Positions 8,582 through 16,310 of a DNA stretch of 28,267 nt are shown one piece after another. The notes beneath the pieces are model-generated. The model was not told where the DNA came from. It made no database searches and saw nothing but the letters and a program-made list of their open reading frames with translations. The DNA is from an uncultured Rhizobiaceae bacterium (GTDB taxonomy: Bacteria; Pseudomonadota; Alphaproteobacteria; Reyranellales; Reyranellaceae), in assembly GCA_964398335.1 (NCBI GenBank), contig CAYNOF010000902.1, forward strand, positions 1 through 28,267, in the 5' to 3' direction. Made by a program: the position numbers and the translations under genes. Position 1 is the stretch's first letter, and each line of letters begins with the position of its first letter.

Positions 8582-9574
8582 ATGAGCCGTATTCCGTCGC
8601 GTCATTCCCTGTCCCGCCGCACGTTCATCGCGGCGGGCGCCGGCCTGTTGGCCGCGCCAGCGCTGGCGCAGGGCGGCTATCCCAACCGGCAGATCCGCAT
8701 CATCGTCGCCTTCGCGCCCGGCGGCGCCACCGACATTCTCGGCCGCATCGTGGCCGACCATCTGTCGAAGGCGTGGAACACGCAGGTCATCGTCGACAAC
8801 AAGACCGGCGCCGGCGGCAACCTCGGCTCCGACCTGGTCGCCAAGTCGCCGCCCGACGGCTACACCCTGCTGCTCGGCACGGTCGGCTCGGCCGTCACCA
8901 ACCAGTTCCTCTACAAGAACATGCCGTTCGACACGGCGACAGCCTTCACCAACGTGGCACTGGTCGGCGAGGTCGCCAACGTGCTGGCAGTGCATCCCAG
9001 CGTGCCCGCCAAGACGCTGCAGGAGTTCATCGCGCTGGCCAAGAGCAAGCCCGGCCAGATCAACTACGGCTCGCCGGCGATCGGCGGTACCGGTCACCTG
9101 GCGATGGAGTACCTGCAGTCGCTGACCGGCATGAAGGTCGAGCACATCGTCTATCGCGGCAGCTCGCTGGTGCTGCAGGATCTGCTGGCCGGCAACATCC
9201 CCTCGACCATGGACAACCTGCCGGCCTATATCCCGCACATCAACACCGGCAAGTTGCGCGCGCTGGGCGTGTCGTCGGCCAAACGCTGGTTCGCGATGCC
9301 CGACGTGCCGACCATCGCCGAGCAGGGCGTGCCGGGCTATGACGCGGCGCCGTGGTGGTACGTCTCCGGCCCCGCCGGCCTGCCGGCGGAGATCACCAGG
9401 AAGCTGAGCGACGAGATCGTCAAGGGCGTGAGCTCGCCCGAGGTCGCCCAGCGCATCAAGGATGCCGGTTGCTCGCCGATCATCGGCGGCAGCGATGCCC
9501 TGACGAAGCAGATCGCCTCCGAGACGGTGAAGTGGAAGAAGGTCGTCGACGCCGCGGGGCTCAAGCCGCAGTGA
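8582..9574 (+). CDS. Bug/TctC tripartite tricarboxylate transporter substrate-binding protein
   Basis: Twin-Arg-like leader LSRRTFIAAG; YP.R.IRIIV.FAPGGATD, DNKTGAGG, PDGYTLL and H..YRG motifs. GAGGGG precedes ATG 8582. Confidence 0.93.
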   Translation: MSRIPSRHSLSRRTFIAAGAGLLAAPALAQGGYPNRQIRIIVAFAPGGATDILGRIVADHLSKAWNTQVIVDNKTGAGGNLGSDLVAKSPPDGYTLLLGTVGSAVTNQFLYKNMPFDTATAFTNVALVGEVANVLAVHPSVPAKTLQEFIALAKSKPGQINYGSPAIGGTGHLAMEYLQSLTGMKVEHIVYRGSSLVLQDLLAGNIPSTMDNLPAYIPHINTGKLRALGVSSAKRWFAMPDVPTIAEQGVPGYDAAPWWYVSGPAGLPAEITRKLSDEIVKGVSSPEVAQRIKDAGCSPIIGGSDALTKQIASETVKWKKVVDAAGLKPQ

Positions 9575-9603
9575 CTACCTTGCCCTGCCGGCAGGGCAGG
9601 TAG
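9575..9603. terminator. GC-rich hairpin between convergent genes (REP-like or bidirectional terminator)
   Basis: CTACC(T)TGCCCTGCCGGCAGGGCAGGTAG: an 18-bp perfect palindrome with 5-bp flanking arms. No clear U-tract on either strand. Confidence 0.55.
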
Positions 9604-9606
9604 GTT

Positions 9607-10392
9607 CTACTTGCGCTTGCGATTGACGAACGCGGCCATGCGCTCGGTGTGCTCGCCGGTCGTCGCGGACTGCGCGAAAGCGTCGATGCCGGCGCGGATC
9701 GCCTCGTCGAGCGGCAGCGCCTCCCAGCGGCGCATCAGCGACTTCTGGGCGCGCACCGCCTTGGGCGCGGCCGCGACGATCGCGGCGACATCGCGCTCGA
9801 TCGCCGCGTCGAGATCGCGCGGCTTCACCACGGTTTCGACCAGCCCCCACTCCAGCGCCTTCTGCGCACCGATGTTCTGGCCGGTCATCAACAGCCACGA
9901 GGTGCGGCCCCAGCCGATCAGACGCGGCAGCAACGCCGCCTCGACCACCGAGGGAATGCCGACATTGACCTCGGGCATGCCGAAGGCGGCGCTGTCAGCG
10001 GCGATGCGGAAATCGCAGGCGGCGGCGACCTCGAGCCCGCCGCCCAGGGTGTAGCCCTCCATGCGGCAGATCACCGGCACCGGGCACTCGCGGATCGCCT
10101 GGCACAGCACGTGGATGCGGGTGATGAAGGCGCGCGCGTCCTCGGCCGTCTTCATCTCGGCCATGTGGTAGATGTCGGCACCGCCGATGAAGGCCTTGCC
10201 GCCGGCGCCGGAGAACACCACGACGCGCAGCTGCGGATCCTTCGCCAGCTCGCGGAAGGTCGCGGCGAGATCGTCGAGCGCCGCGGGGCCGACGACGTTC
10301 AGCCGGCGCGCGTTGTCGTAGACCACCTGCGCCACCGTCCCGCCCTCGCGGATCTCGCGCGCCACCTCGATCTTGTGCGTGGATGTCGACAC
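9607..10392 (-). CDS. Enoyl-CoA hydratase/isomerase (crotonase) family protein
   Basis: FIGGADI, GGGLE and MPEVNVGIPS motifs, with both catalytic Glu present. Start chosen at GTG 10392 after GAGGGG; the track ORF extends to 10482. Confidence 0.9.
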   Translation of the reverse strand: MSTSTHKIEVAREIREGGTVAQVVYDNARRLNVVGPAALDDLAATFRELAKDPQLRVVVFSGAGGKAFIGGADIYHMAEMKTAEDARAFITRIHVLCQAIRECPVPVICRMEGYTLGGGLEVAAACDFRIAADSAAFGMPEVNVGIPSVVEAALLPRLIGWGRTSWLLMTGQNIGAQKALEWGLVETVVKPRDLDAAIERDVAAIVAAAPKAVRAQKSLMRRWEALPLDEAIRAGIDAFAQSATTGEHTERMAAFVNRKRK

Positions 10393-10487
10393 GGCCCCTC
10401 CGGTTCGCCTGACGAAAGCGCGGGCGCACCGCTTCCAGCGCCCCGGCTTTTCCCGTAATACAGCGCCAGCCCGCGTCGACAAGAGGA

Positions 10488-11417
10488 ATGACCGTGCCCG
10501 ATTCGCTGACCGCCCAGGATCTGTCGGGCTACAGCATCTTCGATCCGTCCGACCCTTTCGAGGATCACATCGGTCCGATCTATTACCAGCGGCGCGAGAC
10601 CGGCGTGCATTGCGCGATGCCGACGACGGCCGAGCACACCAATGCCGGCGGCATCCTGCATGGTGGCGCGATCCTGACCTTCGCCGACTACGCGCTCTGC
10701 GCCACCTGCGGCCACGCCGCGTCGGGCGGCAAGATGCCCGGCAGCTTCGCCATGACCGTGAGCCTGACCGTGTCGTTCCTCGAGGCCGGCGCCATCGGCC
10801 CGGCTATCGAGTCGCTGGGCGAGGCCACGCGCGTGACCGGCCGCATGGCCTTCGCGCGCGGCTCGGTGCTGCAGAACGGCAAGCGGCTGGCCACCTATAG
10901 TGGCGTGACGCGCCATATCGCACGCGACAAGGCGATGGGCCGTCGCGACGACGAGGGCCTGACCCGCGTCGCCGGCGGTACGCGCCCGCCCGGCCCGCCC
11001 GAGGACGTGGCGGCGCCCGAGGGCTATCGCCGCGAGCTGCGCTCGAGCCCATACCTACGCCACACCGGCCCGACCTTCTTCCGGGACAAGGCCGAGGGCG
11101 TGCACGTGATCCAGCCGACCTTCCAGCACATGCTGAACTCCGGCGCCTCGGTGCATGGCGGCATGCTGATGACCTTCGCCGACAACGCCTTCTGCACGGC
11201 GATCACCTCGCGGCTCAACAAGGCGCCGTCGACGGTGATGTTCACGGCGGAGTTCCTGTCGGCCGGCACGGTCGGCACGCCGCTGGAGACCACTGTCGAC
11301 CTCGCACGCACCAGCGAGCGCTTCGCCTTCCCCACCGGCACGGTGGTGCAGAACGGCACGCCGCTGTTGAACTACAGCGCCGTGGTCGCGTTGCGCGAGT
11401 GGAAGAAGCCGGCATGA
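10488..11417 (+). CDS. PaaI family thioesterase with two fused hot-dog domains
   Basis: Two copies of N..G..HGG......D (NAGGILHGGAILTFAD; NSGASVHGGMLMTFAD). GAGGA ribosome-binding site. Confidence 0.85.
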   Translation: MTVPDSLTAQDLSGYSIFDPSDPFEDHIGPIYYQRRETGVHCAMPTTAEHTNAGGILHGGAILTFADYALCATCGHAASGGKMPGSFAMTVSLTVSFLEAGAIGPAIESLGEATRVTGRMAFARGSVLQNGKRLATYSGVTRHIARDKAMGRRDDEGLTRVAGGTRPPGPPEDVAAPEGYRRELRSSPYLRHTGPTFFRDKAEGVHVIQPTFQHMLNSGASVHGGMLMTFADNAFCTAITSRLNKAPSTVMFTAEFLSAGTVGTPLETTVDLARTSERFAFPTGTVVQNGTPLLNYSAVVALREWKKPA

Positions 11418-11848
11418 GCGCCGAACCCGTCACGGCCGCCGCCGACATCCCCGAGCATTTCGAGCCGCTGCGCGGCAATGTCGGCTTCGGCGCACTGATC
11501 GGCCCGCTCTATCTGCGCAAGCCCCGCGATGGCCGCATCTACGCCTGGGCCTTCCGCGCCACCGACAAGCACCTCAATCCTGCCGGCATCGTGCATGGCG
11601 GCATGCTGGTGAGCTTCGCCGATACATGCCTGGGCGCACTCGCCTTCTTCGCCGGCGGCAAGACGCCGAGCTCGACCATCGACCTTGCCACCTCCTTCGT
11701 GGCGCCCGGCCGCGCCGGCGACTGGATCGAGTGCACCGGTACCGTCACGCGCACCACGCGTGACCTCATCTTCGTCACCGGCCGCATCTATGTCGGCGAC
11801 CGCACGCTCGTCGACCTCAAGGGCATCTGGAAGATCGTGAGGCGTTAG
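11414..11848 (+). CDS. PaaI family thioesterase (single hot-dog domain)
   Basis: ATGA overlap with the upstream stop; NPAGIVHGGMLVSFAD motif. Confidence 0.88.
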   Translation: MSAEPVTAAADIPEHFEPLRGNVGFGALIGPLYLRKPRDGRIYAWAFRATDKHLNPAGIVHGGMLVSFADTCLGALAFFAGGKTPSSTIDLATSFVAPGRAGDWIECTGTVTRTTRDLIFVTGRIYVGDRTLVDLKGIWKIVRR

Positions 11849-12207
11849 GGCTCGGCGTCCTGCCGGCTGCAGATCGCTAGGACCTGGATCCAGCCGGTAA
11901 CCAGGAAGGGGCCGACGGCGTGCCCGATCGGCGTCGTGGTGAGAAGCTGCGCCATATCGGGCGGCACGTCGCCGACGCGCACCGTGATGAGCCTGCCGAT
12001 GGCGGCGCCCGATGTGCGTTGGGCGATGGTGCGCAAATCCTCGCACTGCGAGACCTGCTCGACGATCCTGCGCGCGTCGGCCGCGCCGGTGGCCGTCGAC
12101 GGCAGCAACAGCTCCAGGACGGTGACCTTGGTGTCCTTGGGATCGGCTGCCGCGGCGGGCGATGCCATGGACGCGAGCACCAAGGCGCAGGCAACGGCAA
12201 GGCGCAC
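11845..12207 (-). CDS. Small exported hypothetical protein resembling a lone SurA/PpiC-like (parvulin-fold) domain
   Basis: From GTG 12207: signal peptide MRLAVACALVLASMASPAAA, then ...QCEDLRTIA...G.L..V..GDVPPDMAQLL..TPIGHAVGPF....IQVLAICSR. The similarity is recalled, not searched. Confidence 0.55.
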   Translation of the reverse strand: MRLAVACALVLASMASPAAAADPKDTKVTVLELLLPSTATGAADARRIVEQVSQCEDLRTIAQRTSGAAIGRLITVRVGDVPPDMAQLLTTTPIGHAVGPFLVTGWIQVLAICSRQDAEP

Positions 12208-12487
12208 GGCCCGATTCCCACCCTGAAACCTCGCGGCCGCAACCGCGCTATCACGGCGTAGCCCTGGTATTCGACGTCCTCCCCTTCGACCGGCCCCACG
12301 CCGACTCCCGGCGCGGGGCGCCTTTCGTGAGCGGCAGTCTACCATCGCGACCGCCGGAAAAGGACGGCAAGTCGTTCGGCCAACGTCCCTGCCCCATTCT
12401 CCTTGATCCCGCCACGGACGGACCGTGGCCGCGCCGCAAACGGCCTCGATGCTCCCACGCGCCTGATGTGAAAGGGAGAAATCACGG

Positions 12488-13597
12488 ATGAGGCAACTCA
12501 GCGCTCGGTTCAGGATCGCAGCGCTGGCGGCACTGGCCGCCGGCATCACTCTACCGGCGGCCGAGGCCGCAGATCTCAGGGCCACCGACTATCGGCTCTC
12601 AGGCCCCTACAGCCACGGCAACCTCACCCTCTACATGATCCACGGCAAGCCGGGCGATACCGGCAAGCCGCCGCTCACCCTGCAGGAAGCGCTGCAGCGC
12701 GGCACGGTGCGCGTGCGCGAGACCGGCACGGTGAGCGAGCTGGAGATCGAGAATCTCGGCGACCAGGACGTCTTCGTGCAGGCTGGCGATATCGTGAAGG
12801 GCGGCCAGCAGGACCGCGTGGTGCAGCTCGACCTGGTGCTGGCGCCACGCTCGGGACGCGTGCCGCTGGCGGCGTTCTGCGTCGAGCACGGCCGCTGGTC
12901 GGCGCGCGGCCGCGAGGACGTCAAGCAATTCGCCAGCGCCACCACCTCGCTGCCATCGAAGGACCTGAAGCTTGCCGCGCGCGGCGTGCCGCTGGCCAAG
13001 CCCAACGTGCAGCCCAATCCCGAGCCGCGCGACCCGCATGCGCGCGTGCAGCGCCAGACCGCGCGGCCGGCGCCGGGCGACAGCCAGGGCCGCGTCTGGG
13101 CCGGCGTCGCCGACATGCAGCGCAAGCTGAGCGACACCGTGCAGGCGCCGGTGGCCGCGCCGGCCTCGGCCAGCTCCCTGCAGCTGTCGCTGGAGAACCA
13201 GAAGCTTCAGGCGACGATCAAGGAGACCGTCGCGGCGCTGATGCCGGCGATCGACAAGGAACCCGACGTCATCGGCTACGTCTTCGCCATCAATGGCAAG
13301 ATCAACAGCGCCGAGGTCTACAGCTCCGGCGTGCTGTTCCGCAAGATGTGGCCCAAGCTCCTGCAGGCCAGCGCCGTCGAGGCGCTGTCGGAGCGCAAGG
13401 ACGCCCAGGGCCAGGCGGCGCCGACGGTCGAGGCGGTGCGCGCCTTCCTGGTCGAGAGCGAGGCCGGCAAGTCCACCGACCGCGGCCTGCCCGCCGACAT
13501 GAAGCTCACCACGGTCGACAGCGACAAGGCCGTCGTCTTCGAAAGCCGCAAGGCCGGCGCCGCGGCTCCGGTGCGCCGCAGCTACATGATGAAGTGA
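12488..13597 (+). CDS. DUF6569 / ARPP-1 family protein with N-terminal signal peptide
   Basis: GGGAG ribosome-binding site; signal peptide; ETGTVSEL..EN, GDIVKGGQQDR, FCVEHGRW and Q..VW..V motifs. Confidence 0.75.
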   Translation: MRQLSARFRIAALAALAAGITLPAAEAADLRATDYRLSGPYSHGNLTLYMIHGKPGDTGKPPLTLQEALQRGTVRVRETGTVSELEIENLGDQDVFVQAGDIVKGGQQDRVVQLDLVLAPRSGRVPLAAFCVEHGRWSARGREDVKQFASATTSLPSKDLKLAARGVPLAKPNVQPNPEPRDPHARVQRQTARPAPGDSQGRVWAGVADMQRKLSDTVQAPVAAPASASSLQLSLENQKLQATIKETVAALMPAIDKEPDVIGYVFAINGKINSAEVYSSGVLFRKMWPKLLQASAVEALSERKDAQGQAAPTVEAVRAFLVESEAGKSTDRGLPADMKLTTVDSDKAVVFESRKAGAAAPVRRSYMMK

Positions 13598-13604
13598 CGC
13601 CGTC

Positions 13605-13653
13605 CCTTCTCCCCGCGCAGGTCAGGGGCCGCGGGCGGCCGCGAGGGAGAAGG
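13605..13653. repeat. Inverted repeat between convergent genes (REP-like hairpin)
   Basis: Arms CCTTCTCCC (13605-13613) and GGGAGAAGG (13645-13653), extended inward by CGCG/CGCG. Confidence 0.55.
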
Positions 13654-13654
13654 A

Positions 13655-14488
13655 TCAGACCGTCTTGCGCAGATCGAGATCGGCGAACCGCGGCGCGCGC
13701 TTCTCGCGTGTCGCGGTGAAGGCTTCGGGCATGTCGGCACCGTGGATGAAGGCGGCGTTCCACACGCTCATGTAGTTCAGCGCCTCGTCGACCGAGTGGT
13801 CGCGCGCGTAGTTGATCATCTCCTTGCTGCCGTAGACCGCCAGCGGCGACTTCGCCGCGATGGTGCGGGCGATGCCCATCACGCCCTCGAGCATCTCGGC
13901 CTGGGTGGCGTAGACGGCGTTGACCAGTCCGGCGCGCAACGCCTCCTGGGCGGAGAGCGCGCGGCCGGTATAGGCGAGCTCGCGCACCAGGCCCTGCGGG
14001 ATCAGGTGCGGCAGGCGCTGCAGGGTGCCGACATCGGCGGTCATGCCGAGGTCGATCTCCTTGATGGTGAAGAAGGCGTCGTCGGTGCAGTAGCGCATGT
14101 CGCAGGCCGAGATCATGTCGACGCCGCCGCCGATGCAGCCGCCCTGCACCGCCGCCAGCACTGGTACCCTGACCTTCTCCATCACGCTGAAGGAGTCCTG
14201 GTAGGCCAGCAGGCCGCGGCGGAAACGCTCGCGCCTGCGGGCCGGATCGGCCTCCTCGGCGACGATCGAGCCGAACACCGAGAGGTCCATGCCGGCCGTG
14301 AAATGCGGGCCGGTCGAGGAGATCACCGCCGCGCGTACGTCGGGACACTCCTCGCCGATGGTGACGGCGAAGACCTGGCGGATCTCCTCCCAGAACTCCC
14401 TGACCATGGAATTGCGCTTGTCCGGCCGGTTCAGGCGGATATGGGCGACGTGATCGGCGACGTCGAAATCGAAGGTCGTATAGGCCAC
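13655..14488 (-). CDS. Crotonase family protein, delta3,5-delta2,4-dienoyl-CoA isomerase (ECH1)-like
   Basis: GTG 14488 follows GGGAGGA. HFTAGMDL, GGGVDM, IKEIDLG and ADVGTLQRLP give the Asp/Glu/Asp pattern of ECH1-type enzymes. The track ORF's extra N-terminus runs through the tRNA and is spurious. Confidence 0.88.
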   Translation of the reverse strand: MAYTTFDFDVADHVAHIRLNRPDKRNSMVREFWEEIRQVFAVTIGEECPDVRAAVISSTGPHFTAGMDLSVFGSIVAEEADPARRRERFRRGLLAYQDSFSVMEKVRVPVLAAVQGGCIGGGVDMISACDMRYCTDDAFFTIKEIDLGMTADVGTLQRLPHLIPQGLVRELAYTGRALSAQEALRAGLVNAVYATQAEMLEGVMGIARTIAAKSPLAVYGSKEMINYARDHSVDEALNYMSVWNAAFIHGADMPEAFTATREKRAPRFADLDLRKTV

Positions 14489-14565
14489 GTTGTCCTCCCG
14501 GCCGGGACAGGGTTGAACCGCGGGGGGGTGTATGGCATACCCCCGCCGCCCAGACGAGCTGAGCC

Positions 14566-14640
14566 GCTGCGGTAGCTCAGTGGTAGAGCACACCCTTGGT
14601 AAGGGTGAGGTCGAGAGTTCAATCCTCTCTCGCAGCACCA
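14566..14640 (+). tRNA. tRNA-Thr (anticodon GGT), CCA encoded
   Basis: GCTGCGG acceptor stem pairs with TCGCAGC; D arm AGCTCAGTGGTAGAGC; anticodon arm CACCC-TTGGTAA-GGGTG; T arm GAGAGTTCAATCCTCTC; ends in ACCA. Confidence 0.98.
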
Positions 14641-14644
14641 GTTC

Positions 14645-15019
14645 TCAGCTCGATGGCCCGCCCGTGATGAAGCAGAAGACCTTGCCGTAGGTCTCGCACA
14701 GATGGGTGCCCCGGTCGGGCGTCGGCATGGTGATGATCTTGCTCCTGGGCACCACCAGCCATTCGCGGCCATCCCAGACGCGATAGGCGCCGTCGTCACC
14801 CATATAGGACGGGGCCGGCCGGCAGTCGCCGGTCCGCCCATCGGCCGAGCCGTTGCAGCAGCTCATGCCGGTATCGGGCTGGCGCAGGTCCTTGTACCAG
14901 TCGTGATGCTGGGCGTGACCGTCGCCATGGCGGCCCGAGGGTTGTTGCGCGGCAAGCGCCGCGGGCCACAGGCACAGCATGGCGGCGACGATCGGAATCG
15001 GCTGGCAACGGACGCTCAT
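14645..15019 (-). CDS. Small exported His/Cys-rich hypothetical protein
   Basis: Signal-like N-terminus, then RHGDGHAQHHDWY, SCCN...DCRP...HLC...FCF; GC3-rich codons. Confidence 0.75.
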   Translation of the reverse strand: MSVRCQPIPIVAAMLCLWPAALAAQQPSGRHGDGHAQHHDWYKDLRQPDTGMSCCNGSADGRTGDCRPAPSYMGDDGAYRVWDGREWLVVPRSKIITMPTPDRGTHLCETYGKVFCFITGGPSS

Positions 15020-15088
15020 GGCATGCGCTTTCCCGCTCGGGATCGGCCGCGGCGATCCGCCAGAGTAGCGCCATTCCGCGCCCCGGTC

Positions 15089-16174
15089 TCAGCTTTCGAG
15101 GGGGTGGTTGGTGAACCGAGCGTTGCCCAGGCCAGTGCCGATGGTCAGCACGCCCCAGCGCTTGACGTCCTTCATCGTCGGCACCGCGCTCAGCCCCTGC
15201 ACGACCGCATCGTTGTGCATCACGATCGCCGGCTCATGGTTGCCGATCTTGGGCAGCTTCAGGCTGCTCGGCAGGTGAAACTCGTCGTCCTCCCAGTTGC
15301 CGGGCAGGTTCTGCCCGCCGCTGGTGATCGCGCCCCTCCCGTCGATCAGTCCGGGACAGGCGATGCCGACAAATGGCGCCAGTTTCACCTTGGCGCGCTC
15401 CGCCCGCTCGATCAGCTCGATGATCATCTTTGTCAGCCGCTTCACCGCTTCCTCGCGCGAGGGCTTGTCGTCGGCGTGCCGCCAGTGGCGCAGCTTCCAC
15501 ACCTTGGCCTTGGCGAGGCTGTCCTTCTTGGTGAGGTTGAGCTGCACGATGCCGGCCCGCATGTTGGTGCCGCCGATGTCGACGGCGAGGATCGCGTCGT
15601 GCCCGGCGAGAACCCACGCCGGCGCGAGTTGCACCGAACCCACCAGGCCCGCCTCGTCGGGGTGGTGCGAGACGGCGTTCAGCTCGATCTCGATGCCGTC
15701 GCCGGCCAGGATCATGCCGGCGCGGCCCATCGCCAGGGTGCCGATGTGGCTGGCGCTCAGGCCACCGCCCACGACGATGCGCTCGGTGCCCTTCCACGAC
15801 TTCAGGCGCAGGAAGCGGCGCACCACGCGCGCCAACTCGCCGGCGAACTCCTCGATTGCGGTATGCACCAGGCCAGCCGCCTTCGGATCGTCGCTGGCCA
15901 GCATCTTGTCCATGTCAGCCTTGCGGATGCGCTCCGTGGGCGTGTCGCCGAACGGATCGTCGCCCTGCTTGCGCACCAGCTCGCGCCAATCGTCGAGAAT
16001 GGCGCGAAAGGCGCGGCCGCTGGCGCGGTCGCCGACGAAGCCTTCCTCGTCGCGCAGTTCCTCGTTGTAGGTGTCGACCGTCACCGCCGGCAGCGTCTTG
16101 GCAGCGTGGCCCAGGATGGGGCCGGGTGACGCACTGTCCTGGGCCAATTCCTTCTTGTCCTTCCTGGGCGACAT
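15089..16174 (-). CDS. ROK/sugar-kinase family protein with circularly permuted motif order
   Basis: GAGGG precedes ATG 16174. Motif order is ASG (~res 51), IVVGGG (133), AGLVG, then DIGGT (199), G..CPG, NDA (321) and TIGTGLG (344) at the extreme C-terminus of 361 aa. Confidence 0.85.
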   Translation of the reverse strand: MSPRKDKKELAQDSASPGPILGHAAKTLPAVTVDTYNEELRDEEGFVGDRASGRAFRAILDDWRELVRKQGDDPFGDTPTERIRKADMDKMLASDDPKAAGLVHTAIEEFAGELARVVRRFLRLKSWKGTERIVVGGGLSASHIGTLAMGRAGMILAGDGIEIELNAVSHHPDEAGLVGSVQLAPAWVLAGHDAILAVDIGGTNMRAGIVQLNLTKKDSLAKAKVWKLRHWRHADDKPSREEAVKRLTKMIIELIERAERAKVKLAPFVGIACPGLIDGRGAITSGGQNLPGNWEDDEFHLPSSLKLPKIGNHEPAIVMHNDAVVQGLSAVPTMKDVKRWGVLTIGTGLGNARFTNHPLES

Positions 16175-16248
16175 GGCCAATCCCTCATGGGCAGTCCAAG
16201 GCAACGGCAAATCGAGGTCCCGGTTGCGCCCCCGCCTCCACGATCCTC

Positions 16249-16275
16249 GGAACCTGCCCCAGCGCGCTCCGTTCC
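16249..16275. promoter_or_regulatory. Candidate bidirectional EcfG/sigmaT/RpoE2 (general stress response) promoter
   Basis: Plus strand: GGAAC (16249-53)-N16-CGTT (16270-73), toward katE. Minus strand: GGAAC (16275-71)-N16-GGTT (16254-51), toward the ROK gene. Confidence 0.7.
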
Positions 16276-16310
16276 CCCGGTGGTCCCGAAGCGTGATCAT
16301 GGAGCGGATA

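Noticed and set aside
12411-12429. Hairpin GCCACGG-ACGGA-CCGTGGC as a guanidine-II (mini-ykkC) element
   Set aside because: It is a single hairpin with a 5-nt loop, has no tandem partner, and the downstream gene is not guanidine-related.
14522-14544. Imperfect palindrome GGGGGTGTATGGCATACCCCC between the crotonase and tRNA promoters
   Set aside because: It is short, bulged and driven by G/C runs; no second copy was seen.
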